This document shows positions 52,407-60,573 of a DNA stretch of 64,000 nt, one piece after another. How positions within the stretch are numbered: the stretch's first letter is position 1; the number at the start of each line of letters is the position of its first letter. A program made the position numbers and the translations under genes. Origin of the DNA: a virus (lineage: Duplodnaviria > Caudoviricetes); IMG/VR virus record IMGVR_UViG_3300028485_000003, positions 2,247-66,246 of that record. One strand, given 5' to 3'. Below the pieces are notes generated by a model. The model did not search any database. It was not told the origin of the DNA and saw only the letters and a program-made list of their open reading frames with translations.

Positions 52407-52730
52407 GTGGCAGAGGACGAGGAGGTACAGCGCGTGTTCGAAGCTCTCGACGCCGTGGAACGCATCGCCGACCCAGAGGCCCGGTCGCGCGCTCAGGCGC
52501 AGATCACGGCGAAGACGAGGGAGCGGAGCGCGAAGTGGAACGCGCAGCGCGCCGAGCTGGCTCAGCAGATGAAGGCCGAGGGCGAGTCGGTACGTGGGAT
52601 CGCTAAGCGTCTGGGGGTGAAGCCGGGCACCGTTCAGGACCTATTGCGCGGCTACAAGGGGTCGGGAAGGGAGCGTCCGCTGGCGGCTTCCGTGGAGGAC
52701 ACAGACGCCGAGGGATCTCAGAGTGGCTGA
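52407..52730 (+). CDS. Small HTH regulator
   Basis: GESVRGIAKRLGVKPGTVQDLL. Confidence 0.75.
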   Translation: MAEDEEVQRVFEALDAVERIADPEARSRAQAQITAKTRERSAKWNAQRAELAQQMKAEGESVRGIAKRLGVKPGTVQDLLRGYKGSGRERPLAASVEDTDAEGSQSG

Positions 52731-52881
52731 CCTTGTGAAGCTCCTGCACCGTCTTCTGCTCTGCCCCCTGCGCGGGCACGTCCCGGAGTCGCAGTTCGCG
52801 TCGGGCGTCTGTGGCGACTGCGGGAAGCTGTTCTGGGGAACGCGCCGGTACGTCCGTCCCATGCAGTAGCCCCAAGCAGAT

Positions 52882-52914
52882 AGCAGCCCCCGGTCGTTTC
52901 GGCCGGGGGCTGCT
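52882..52914. terminator. Stem-loop terminator
   Basis: AGCAGCCCCCGG...CCGGGGGCTGCT, 12-bp stem. Confidence 0.65.
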
Positions 52915-52977
52915 CGTTGTCCGCGCTCGGCCTACCCCCGGGTGCGCGCGCGCCAGCTAGCGTTCACGCTGGACGGT

Positions 52978-53193
52978 ATGGCCGACATCCCGCCCGTCGT
53001 CGTCTACCCGCCCGATGAGACCGGCGGCCGGCGTGTCCGTATCGACGGGACGATCCGCGGGCGGGCGTTCTCCGTGCAGGACGTGGCCCGGTTCATGCAG
53101 GAGGCCGGTCTGCAGGAGTTCGACGAGATGGACGTGGTCCGCTCGCTGCTGATCGAGTGGCGGGGCGGCGGCCCGGACGTGTGGACGCACTGA
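52978..53193 (+). CDS. Small hypothetical protein
   Basis: MADIPPVVVYPP...EWRGGGPDVW. Confidence 0.6.
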   Translation: MADIPPVVVYPPDETGGRRVRIDGTIRGRAFSVQDVARFMQEAGLQEFDEMDVVRSLLIEWRGGGPDVWTH

Positions 53194-53239
53194 CACGGAC
53201 CAACCACAGAGCCCCGACCCGTCGACCAACCCTTCGGGG

Positions 53240-53806
53240 TCAGTGCGGGTAGCTGCAGGGGTAGCCGGCCTTCCACTCAGCGAGCGACCGCGGATGCCAG
53301 TTCACCGTCACCAAGGCGCCCGCCAGAGGGAACCAGGAGCAGAAGACCCCGTCCCACTGGTCCATGAAGTGCGTGGGCCCGTACTCGCCGTCGTAGGCGG
53401 GCTGCCCGCAGGAGGCGCACACGAAGGCCTGCCGGGTGGAGTCCCGGAACCGGTCCCGGCGATGGTGGCCAGCGCACGTGGCGTTCGCGGAGACAGACGG
53501 CCACGGGTACTCGTCCTTGACGCAGTCGAGCGAGTAGGAGATGTCCCAGTCCATCCTCAGCAGGCCGGCCGCGGCGGGGAACGCAGGGCAGTACACGCCG
53601 CCGTCTTGTTCACGGAAGTGGCTGGGGCCACTCGTGCTGTCGTAGGCCGGCTGGCCGCAGGTGTTGCAGATGTAGATCTCGCTGGTGTGGTCGCGGATGC
53701 TCGCGCCGGGCGGGCTGATGGCTGCGCGGCGGGTGCGGGTGTAGCGGTCGCCGGTGGTGGCGCTGGCCGCGCGGATGTGGTGCTTGCGGCGGCGGTTCTG
53801 GGTCAT
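53240..53806 (-). CDS. Protein with tandem Cys/His domains
   Basis: CNTCGQPAYD...HF...YC and CASCGQPAYD...HF...FC; GGAGGA SD. Confidence 0.65.
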   Translation of the reverse strand: MTQNRRRKHHIRAASATTGDRYTRTRRAAISPPGASIRDHTSEIYICNTCGQPAYDSTSGPSHFREQDGGVYCPAFPAAAGLLRMDWDISYSLDCVKDEYPWPSVSANATCAGHHRRDRFRDSTRQAFVCASCGQPAYDGEYGPTHFMDQWDGVFCSWFPLAGALVTVNWHPRSLAEWKAGYPCSYPH

Positions 53807-54151
53807 GAGGGGGTCCTCCTTGGCGCGCCCACGCCCGCGCCGAAGCGAGGAGTTGTTCTGTGGTGGTGTGCGCGATTCGGGGAACCTTGTCCGCCTGCGG
53901 GGCGTGGGTGCTGGTCCGCGGGGAGTCTGGCGTGCGCTGCCGCCTCGCCGGGGATCATACATGCGCTGAGCGCCCGACTGGTGGGTCGGGCGCTCGGGGT
54001 TTGGCGGTCGTGCCCGTTGGCCGCGGGCCATCGCCTCTGAGCACCACCCGGGTGGCGCGTCAGTTGTGGGGCCAGTGGCCCCGCGTCCGGTGCCGTACGG
54101 GACCGCTGGTCTGAGCACCCCACACCGGACCGCTTCAGGATGCCACGCCGG

Positions 54152-54394
54152 TCACGTCGGCTGCTGCTCCTCAGTCGCCTCCGGGCTGTCGGGCGGGTTG
54201 AGCGCCTCGTCCCACACGAAGTCGCAGCGCCAGCACTCACGCTCCAGACGCTCGCCCTTCGGTGACGGGCCGAACGTAGGAACGTCGCCGGAGCCGTGCT
54301 CGCCGGCGGCACGGCGGCGGGTGATGGCGCCTTGGTGGGAGCACTTGGGGCAGGTGGGGTTGTCGCCGGAGTAGGGCGGCAGGGTGTCGGGCAT
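54152..54394 (-). CDS. Zinc-ribbon protein
   Basis: TCPKC...CWRCDFVW. Confidence 0.55.
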   Translation of the reverse strand: MPDTLPPYSGDNPTCPKCSHQGAITRRRAAGEHGSGDVPTFGPSPKGERLERECWRCDFVWDEALNPPDSPEATEEQQPT

Positions 54395-54396
54395 GG

Positions 54397-54870
54397 TCAG
54401 GCCTCCGTGGGTTGGTCGGTCGCTTCGGTCGCTGTCAGTGCCGGTTCGATGTCCTGTTCTCCGTCGAGGGCTTCGCGGAGTCGGTTGGCGGTGTCGTGGT
54501 GGTTGGCGGTCCAGGGTGCGCCGGCGTCGATGAGGTCGGCGACGTGGTGGGCGCGGGCGATGGCGGCTTCGGCCTGGTCGGCTCGGAGGGCGTCGGTGCT
54601 GGGTGGGGTGGTGGTGGTTTCGGTGTGGTGGCGGAGGGTTTCTTCGGCGTCGTCGAGGCGCTGCTGCAGCTGCTCGTGGGTGGGCCGGGCGGGGGCGGTG
54701 TCGGCTATGGCGTCGCGGGCTTCGGCGAAGACGGTCTCGACGGTCGTGTCGAACTCGGCGGCGAGGGCGTGGGCGAGCCGGTTGGCGAGTTGGTCGCTGG
54801 CTTCGGCGCGTTCGTACAGGGCGTCGAGGGCGTCGCTGGTGAGGTCGTCGAGTGGGATGCGGTCGCTCAT
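54397..54870 (-). CDS. Hypothetical protein
   Basis: MSDRIPLDDLTSDALDALYER... Confidence 0.6.
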   Translation of the reverse strand: MSDRIPLDDLTSDALDALYERAEASDQLANRLAHALAAEFDTTVETVFAEARDAIADTAPARPTHEQLQQRLDDAEETLRHHTETTTTPPSTDALRADQAEAAIARAHHVADLIDAGAPWTANHHDTANRLREALDGEQDIEPALTATEATDQPTEA

Positions 54871-55313
54871 GGGGTGGTCTCCGGGTCGGTGTGCCGGCGG
54901 GTGGTGTCGGTGCATCGGTGGTTGTGGGCTGTGCCGTGGGTGGCACGGCTGAGAGAGCAGCAGGGGTCGAGGGGTGGCGGGTTGTGGCCGAGGGCGTGGC
55001 GTCTGGCCCAGTGATGCTCGGCGATGGTGCGGCGGTGGTGGGCGTGTTCTCGGGTTGCGATCCAGGTGAAGAGGATCGTGGTGTAGGTGAGGGCGGCGGC
55101 GAACAGCCAGTGCTGGTGGGTGGCGAGCCAGGCCGCGGCGGTGAGGGTGGCGGCGGCGGTGAGGGTGGCGGCTTGGGCGTAGCGGAGGGCGGGGGTCATC
55201 GGCCGGTCCTTCCGGTAGTGGTTGGTGAGGGCGCGCCCTCCTCGGTGGATGCCGAGGAGGAGCGCGGAGATGAAGGGGGCGAGCACGATGGCGATGCCGA
55301 GGGCTCGGCCCAT
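54867..55313 (-). CDS. Membrane protein
   Basis: Hydrophobic segments; coupled overlaps. Confidence 0.5.
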   Translation of the reverse strand: MGRALGIAIVLAPFISALLLGIHRGGRALTNHYRKDRPMTPALRYAQAATLTAAATLTAAAWLATHQHWLFAAALTYTTILFTWIATREHAHHRRTIAEHHWARRHALGHNPPPLDPCCSLSRATHGTAHNHRCTDTTRRHTDPETTP

Positions 55314-55579
55314 CAGGCGGCTTCGTCGTAGTCGAGTGGTTGGCTGTGGGACCAGAGAGGGCGTGTGCGCCTCTGTGTGGCGTTGGGGGCGGGTTCGGTG
55401 TCCGCAGAGTCCCGAGAGAGGGCGTTCGTCGCTCCAGCGGGCGTGCAGCGGGTCTCTCGGGTGCGCCAGGCCGTGACCGTCCGCCACGCCTGTGTGAGGG
55501 GGAAGGGTTGGGTGGCGTGGCCGCAGAGGCCGGCGGCGAGGGTGACGATGGCTGCGGCGACGATGACGACGTCGATCAC
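55313..55579 (-). CDS. Small membrane-anchored protein
   Basis: VIDVVIVAAAIVTLAAGL...; coupled. Confidence 0.45.
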   Translation of the reverse strand: MIDVVIVAAAIVTLAAGLCGHATQPFPLTQAWRTVTAWRTRETRCTPAGATNALSRDSADTEPAPNATQRRTRPLWSHSQPLDYDEAA

Positions 55580-56382
55580 TGGGTGGCCCCGTCCTGCCGC
55601 GCCCCGGCGGCGGGCTGCTCCTCGAAGGTGCACAGGTTGTGCCCGGCAGGCTTCTGGCACTGGAGGCCGTACCCGTCACCCTCGCTGCGCGGGCACTGCT
55701 CGGGCGGCCGATGCGGGTTGTTGATGCAGGTGTCCGGGTCGACGCCCTCGCAGTTCGGGCAGGCGTGCGTTTCGGCGGTTGCCGTCTCGTCGGCCATACG
55801 GCGCAGCTCGTCCCGCACGTCGGTGCCGGTGCGGAACGTGCCGTCGGCCACCGGGTAGACGGCCACGGTGTCGGACCAGTGGAAGCCGTGCTCGTCGGTG
55901 TGGGCGGTGCGCTGGTGCTGCGCGGCACGGATGCAGAGGCGGGCCTGGTACGCGCCGTGGTACTGGGCGGAGCAGGTCGCGGCGGGCGGCAGGTCGTCGG
56001 CGGCCTGGGTGGGTGGGGCCACGGCAGCAGACACAGCGGTGGGCTGCGGGTTGTCCGCCATGCGGCGTAGCGTTCCGGCGGCCCGGTGGATGGCGACGTG
56101 TTCGGCTGCGGCGCTCTCGCTGAGTCCGCCGAGGCGTTCGTTCTCCTCGTCGTCGAGCCGGTGCTGCTCGGCTTCGATGGCGTTGGCTGCTTCGTGCAGG
56201 TTGGCGGCGCGGCGTTCGGCCAGTTCGGCGTCGGCGACGGTGAGCACCGCATCGAGGACGAGGTCCATCTCGTGCACGACCTGCTCGGTGCGCTCGCCGT
56301 CCCAGCCGTTCTGCCGCATGATCGCGTAGAGGGGGATCGCGTAGCGCTGGCGTCGGGCGTCGGTCTCGGGCTGGCTGTTCAT
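55576..56382 (-). CDS. Hypothetical multi-module Cys/His protein
   Basis: 268 aa; short C/H clusters (CIRAAQH, CPNC, CQKPAGH). Confidence 0.6.
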   Translation of the reverse strand: MNSQPETDARRQRYAIPLYAIMRQNGWDGERTEQVVHEMDLVLDAVLTVADAELAERRAANLHEAANAIEAEQHRLDDEENERLGGLSESAAAEHVAIHRAAGTLRRMADNPQPTAVSAAVAPPTQAADDLPPAATCSAQYHGAYQARLCIRAAQHQRTAHTDEHGFHWSDTVAVYPVADGTFRTGTDVRDELRRMADETATAETHACPNCEGVDPDTCINNPHRPPEQCPRSEGDGYGLQCQKPAGHNLCTFEEQPAAGARQDGATQ

Positions 56383-56432
56383 CGTGGTCTCCGGGTGGTG
56401 GGGCCGCCCCGTGGTGGGGGCGGCCGGGCGGG

Positions 56433-56666
56433 TCAGGGACGGGCGGCGGCGTTGATCCGGCGGGCCACAGCCAGGGCGCGCGTGAGGTGGGTCGGGTGGG
56501 TGGCACTGCCCTCGGTCAGGTAGTCGGTCTCACCTACCAGCAGCTCGGCGAGCGCGTCTGCGACGTCCGGGCGCAGCCGGATGGCAACGGTGTGGGCGGC
56601 GATGGCGGGCGAGGACGGGCGCAGCTTGGCGGCTGCGGCGCGGAGTTCGTCGGCGGGTGTGGTCAT
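56433..56666 (-). CDS. Hypothetical protein
   Basis: MTTPADELRAAAAKLR...ALAVARRIN; AGGAG SD. Confidence 0.55.
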   Translation of the reverse strand: MTTPADELRAAAAKLRPSSPAIAAHTVAIRLRPDVADALAELLVGETDYLTEGSATHPTHLTRALAVARRINAAARP

Positions 56667-56737
56667 GTCTGCTCCTGGGGTGGTTGTCTGACGGGAGGCC
56701 CGCGGCGGATAGCCGCCGCCGCGGGCCGGCCTACGGG

Positions 56738-57196
56738 TCACGCGACGGGCACTACACGCTCAAGCCAGAAGCCGTCGCCGTGTTCGTCGCGGTGGCGGCG
56801 GCCGATCTCCCAACCGTCCAAGCGGGCCAGGTCCTGCCACGTCCACCGCTGCGCTAGCGACGCCCACCCGTCCTCCGGACGGTTCATCAGATACGGCCGA
56901 CGGTCCGACGGGTGCACGCGGGCGAGGACCCGGCCGTCGAGCGCGGCCAGGGTCCGGGGAGCGGACTGAAGGATCGGGCACTCCATGCAGTTGCCGCCCG
57001 AGATGCACGGGCCGTACCCGCCGTAGCGGGCACGCCTCGTGTCCTGCGACTCGCGCAGGTGGCTGTAATCGCGGGGCCGGAGCGCGCACTGGTCGTCGAC
57101 CAGGACGCCCATAGAGTTCACGGAGAGCCGCGTCCAGCCGCGCCCGTCCGGACCACCATTGGCGGGCGTCGGCGCCTTGAGGTAGATCGGCATCAC
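56738..57196 (-). CDS. Hypothetical protein
   Basis: 152-aa ORF in coupled operon. Confidence 0.6.
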   Translation of the reverse strand: MMPIYLKAPTPANGGPDGRGWTRLSVNSMGVLVDDQCALRPRDYSHLRESQDTRRARYGGYGPCISGGNCMECPILQSAPRTLAALDGRVLARVHPSDRRPYLMNRPEDGWASLAQRWTWQDLARLDGWEIGRRHRDEHGDGFWLERVVPVA

Positions 57197-57390
57197 TCGG
57201 CCCTCGCTTCGGCGATCAGCCGGTCGATGAGGGTGCAGGCCGTTTCGAGGCTGTAGCCGTAGGCGGCGAGGGCGTGTTCGATCACGGGCCGTGCGCTGTC
57301 CCCTGGTGTGACGGTTGGGGTCTGCTCGGCGGGCGCCTGCCAGAAGGCGCTTCCGTCACGGACGGCGGTGACGCCGTGTCCCACGTTCAT
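57193..57390 (-). CDS. Small hypothetical protein
   Basis: MNVGHG...LIDRLIAE; coupled. Confidence 0.45.
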   Translation of the reverse strand: MNVGHGVTAVRDGSAFWQAPAEQTPTVTPGDSARPVIEHALAAYGYSLETACTLIDRLIAEARAE

Positions 57391-57584
57391 CGGATGTCTC
57401 CTTCGGTCGGGTCGGTCAGGTGCCAGCCGCCGCAGGCGGTGCACTGTCGGGGTGTCAGGTCGATCGGCCAACCCGGCGACAGCCACGCCAGACGGCGCGA
57501 CGCATACCGGGCCAGACCCGTCGTCGGGCAGGTGAGCGGCGGCCGCACCACCGCAGGCGGATACCGCGGCAGCCAGCGGGCCAT
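57387..57584 (-). CDS. Small zinc-finger-like protein
   Basis: CPTTG...CTACGGWHLT. Confidence 0.5.
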   Translation of the reverse strand: MARWLPRYPPAVVRPPLTCPTTGLARYASRRLAWLSPGWPIDLTPRQCTACGGWHLTDPTEGDIR

Positions 57585-57799
57585 CAGCCGACCTCCCGCC
57601 GGACTTGCCACGCCGCGACCACCCGGTGGGGCAGGCTGCCGCCGGGCGGGCAGTCGATACCGTTCGCGACAGCCCAGGCGCGGATGATCCTCGACTCGAG
57701 GACCGGATCCGGCAGGTCGAGCCGGCCAGCACGCGCGGCGGCCGCACCGCCCTGCAGGTCGATCTCGGCGAGGAGCCGACGCAACGCGGTGACGGTCAC
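57584..57799 (-). CDS. Lsr2-like DNA-binding domain protein (RGR motif altered)
   Basis: IRAWAVANGIDCPPGGSLPHRVVAAW resembles the Lsr2 C-terminal domain. Confidence 0.6.
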   Translation of the reverse strand: MTVTALRRLLAEIDLQGGAAAARAGRLDLPDPVLESRIIRAWAVANGIDCPPGGSLPHRVVAAWQVRREVG

Positions 57800-58584
57800 C
57801 GGCTGCTCCTCTCCACGTAAGCCGGCGGCAGGCTGCCGTCAGGGCTCGCCAGCACGTCGCCGACGATCACGTTGCGGTCCATGAAGCCGAACGGCGGCCG
57901 CCCGCCCACCTCCAGCCACAGCGCGGTCCGCGTCAGGTCGACGGCGACGGGGTCGATGTCCACGCCGTACAGGCACTCCGTCATCACCACCGGCAGCGCC
58001 GCCCGCACGTGCACCTCCGGCGGCGGGTCCTGCCCGGACACGCGGACGGCGAGCCGGCCGGTGATGTAGCGGGCGGCGTCGATGAGGAGGACGCCGGCCC
58101 CACAGGCGGGGTCGATGACGGCCAGGTCGAACACCGCTCCCGGATCGTCGTCGGCGACCAGCTGCTCGAGGGCCAGGCCGATGGACAGGCGGCTCATGGC
58201 GGCGGATATCTCCGGCGGCGTGTACCAGGCCCCCTGACTGTCACGGCGGCCCTGGGTGGGGCGGGTCGCCCGCACCGTGCCGTCCCGTCCGGTGACGGGC
58301 GTGAGCTCGAGGAGCAGCTGGTGCACCTCCCCGAGGTCGGCGACCTCCCAGCCGGTGAGCGGCCCGAGTTCGTCCAGGGCGGTCTCTGCGGCGGGCACCG
58401 TCGGGCGGGGCAGGCCGGGGGCGGGCATGCCTCGGGCGGTGATCAGGCGGTCGATGCAGGAGCGGACGGTGTGGTGGACAGCGTCCGGCCAGGCGGCGCC
58501 TGCGGTGGCGCGGAGCTCCGCTGTTCGGGTACATACGGTCGCGGCGCGCTTGAGGTTGAAGGTGGTGGCTAGGGCTGTTGTCAC
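57796..58584 (-). CDS. Amino-DNA methyltransferase-like protein, C-terminally truncated (no NPPY)
   Basis: GAWYTP, VIDPACGAG, LYGVDIDP, NVIVGD, then stop. Confidence 0.7.
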   Translation of the reverse strand: MTTALATTFNLKRAATVCTRTAELRATAGAAWPDAVHHTVRSCIDRLITARGMPAPGLPRPTVPAAETALDELGPLTGWEVADLGEVHQLLLELTPVTGRDGTVRATRPTQGRRDSQGAWYTPPEISAAMSRLSIGLALEQLVADDDPGAVFDLAVIDPACGAGVLLIDAARYITGRLAVRVSGQDPPPEVHVRAALPVVMTECLYGVDIDPVAVDLTRTALWLEVGGRPPFGFMDRNVIVGDVLASPDGSLPPAYVERSSR

Positions 58585-58661
58585 TGGTCCGCGTCCTGTT
58601 CTTCGAGGGGGAGTTGCCCGTCGATCTCGTCGAGGAGCTCACGGAGCGCGGCCACGGTCAC
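58581..58661 (-). CDS. 26-aa peptide resembling the N-terminus of the Lsr2-like gene
   Basis: VTVAALRELLDEIDGQ vs MTVTALRRLLAEIDLQ; GTGA-coupled. Confidence 0.4.
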   Translation of the reverse strand: MTVAALRELLDEIDGQLPLEEQDADQ

Positions 58662-58876
58662 GACACCTCCCCGCCGGCGGCACCGGGGCAGGCGTGGGCG
58701 GGGTGGGACTGCCGCATCGACTTCGCGTGGGGCCAGGCGTGCTCCTCGCAGGCCGGGTTGATGGTGGCCTGGATGATGAGTCCGCAGGCGGCCTGCGGGC
58801 AGGGGCAGTCGTCCTCGGCCTGGTGGCCGGTGAAGGCGCGGCCGAGGTGGTCTCCGGCCCATACGGCGGCGCTCAC
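58658..58876 (-). CDS. Small Cys/His protein
   Basis: CPCPQAAC...CEEH...HPAHAC. Confidence 0.55.
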   Translation of the reverse strand: MSAAVWAGDHLGRAFTGHQAEDDCPCPQAACGLIIQATINPACEEHAWPHAKSMRQSHPAHACPGAAGGEVS

Positions 58877-59235
58877 CGGGAGCCCTCCGCGTTCACGAGC
58901 TCCAGCAGTACGTCGACGTGGCAGGGCAGCTCGGGCGGGCACCAGCACATGAGGTCCCGGCCGCGGAGTTCGACGCGGGCTCGGTCGGCCAGCTTGGGGT
59001 TGGCCTTGAGGTGCGCGCGGTACGCCTCGACAGCGAACCGGTGGGCCTCACGTTTGGAGGCGAAGACGCCGACGCTGCTGCCGTTGTCGTGGTTGACGTT
59101 CCAGCCGTTGGTGGCGGTCTGGGTGATCTGGTTGGGGTTGCCCCAGCGGGTGCCGCGGCCGACGTATCTGGCGCCGGCGGGTGCGCGCCAGCCACGGGTC
59201 CGCTCTCGTTTGATCCTTCGGGGTGTGGTGGTCAT
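58873..59235 (-). CDS. DUF4326-like protein
   Basis: YVGRGTRWGNP...LRGRDLMCWCP...CHVDVL. Confidence 0.8.
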   Translation of the reverse strand: MTTTPRRIKRERTRGWRAPAGARYVGRGTRWGNPNQITQTATNGWNVNHDNGSSVGVFASKREAHRFAVEAYRAHLKANPKLADRARVELRGRDLMCWCPPELPCHVDVLLELVNAEGSR

Positions 59236-59303
59236 GGTGGGCCTTTCGGCTGGTTGTTACTGGGGGGTCAGGTGTCGCGCGTTAGTGATCACGCGGGGGT
59301 GGT

Positions 59304-59954
59304 TCAGGCGGGGGTTTCGCCGTGCTCGAAACGGGCCGAACGGGCCGCCTGGTAGGCGTCGGCAACGCGGCGCTGCACGTCGGTGGGCCGCGTATCGCCG
59401 TCGAAGATCAGCGATCCGGTGCCAGTAAGAGCGCCCCACTCCGAACCGCGGGTGTCCCAGAAGACCTCGGGGGCGTCGCTCCCAACTCGGCCACCGGCGG
59501 CGTCCTCGTGATTGATGCTGCCGTCGGCGTCGAACCAGGCGCTGGTCTGGAGAATGTCGCCCTTCCAGAAGCTGAGCACGGCGTGGACGGGTTGGACGTT
59601 GATGTACCGGTGCTCCGGGATGGGGCCGAGAACCAGTAGCCGCGGGCCGGCGTGGCTGGGGTCGGGGTGCGGTGTTCCGTCGGCGTCGTAGGGCAGGCCG
59701 CTGTGTGCGGTGGCTGCGGCAACAAGGAGGTCCATATCGAGGGCGTCTTCACTTCCTTTGACCTCCACCCAGAGGCGTTCCCTGGGGAGGTAGAAGTCCG
59801 GGAGGTAGGGGCGCTGGTTGCAGCCGACGAGATAGCCCTGGGGCTCGTATTGCCACTTGATGCCGAGCGTCTTGAAGAAGTGGGCCCAGCGGGCTTCGAG
59901 GCGGCTGCGGAAGTGGTGGCCGGCGTAGCGGGTTTCGATGGCCTGGATGGTCAT
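59304..59954 (-). CDS. Restriction-endonuclease-like PD-(D/E)XK protein
   Basis: FRSRLEARWA...YEPQG...YLPDF...VEVKG. Confidence 0.75.
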   Translation of the reverse strand: MTIQAIETRYAGHHFRSRLEARWAHFFKTLGIKWQYEPQGYLVGCNQRPYLPDFYLPRERLWVEVKGSEDALDMDLLVAAATAHSGLPYDADGTPHPDPSHAGPRLLVLGPIPEHRYINVQPVHAVLSFWKGDILQTSAWFDADGSINHEDAAGGRVGSDAPEVFWDTRGSEWGALTGTGSLIFDGDTRPTDVQRRVADAYQAARSARFEHGETPA

Positions 59955-59967
59955 GGCGGAGTTCCGA

Positions 59968-60228
59968 TCAGACGGGGCGGGCGAGCTGGATCACTTCGTG
60001 CTGGCGTCGGCACATTCCTCCGCAGCCGGTGTCGTCGATGACGGTCTTCATCTCCTGGGCGTCTTCGGGGGTGAGGCAGAGCTGGACGGTGGTGCCGCGG
60101 CCGCAGCGGGCGACGCTGGCGTAGGGGCCGTTGCCGTGGATCCAGATGGCTCGAGGCCAGATGCATTTGGCGAGGGTGGTCCAGGTGCGGTGGGTGCGGG
60201 TGCAGTTGTGGCGGCGGTAGGTCTTCAT
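59968..60228 (-). CDS. Small Cys/His protein
   Basis: CTRTH...C...CGGMCRRQH. Confidence 0.6.
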   Translation of the reverse strand: MKTYRRHNCTRTHRTWTTLAKCIWPRAIWIHGNGPYASVARCGRGTTVQLCLTPEDAQEMKTVIDDTGCGGMCRRQHEVIQLARPV

Positions 60229-60276
60229 GGGGTGGCTCCTGGGTGGGGTGTGGCGGGTGCGGCGGACGACGCTCGT

Positions 60277-60571
60277 CCTCGTCCCCCTATAAGGCGGGGG
60301 ACGAGGGACGAGGTCGTTGTGTCCTCGTCCCGACCTCGTCCCGGACGAGGTGGGACGAGGTCAAGCGATCAAGGGATGTGCTGGTGGGAGGGGGTGCGAC
60401 CTCGTCCCGTGACGGGTCGTCAGGTCGGGACGAGGTGGCTTTCAAGATCGGGACGAGGTCGTTAAGGCTGTGACCTGCGGTTTCCTCTCCACCTCGTCCC
60501 GGCCGGTTCAAGATCGGGACGAGGTCGGGACGAGGTCGTCCCGCAGTCCGGGACGAGGTGCGGACGAGGTC
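60277..60571. repeat. Iteron cluster, probable phage replication origin
   Basis: About 15 copies of GGACGAGG/CCTCGTCC in both orientations; TTCAAGATCGGGACGAGGTC twice; directly downstream of the helicase gene. Confidence 0.8.
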
Positions 60572-60573
60572 GC

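Noticed and set aside
60277-60571. Possible CRISPR array
   Set aside because: Repeats are 8-11 bp, in both orientations, irregularly spaced and without unique spacers; iteron-like instead
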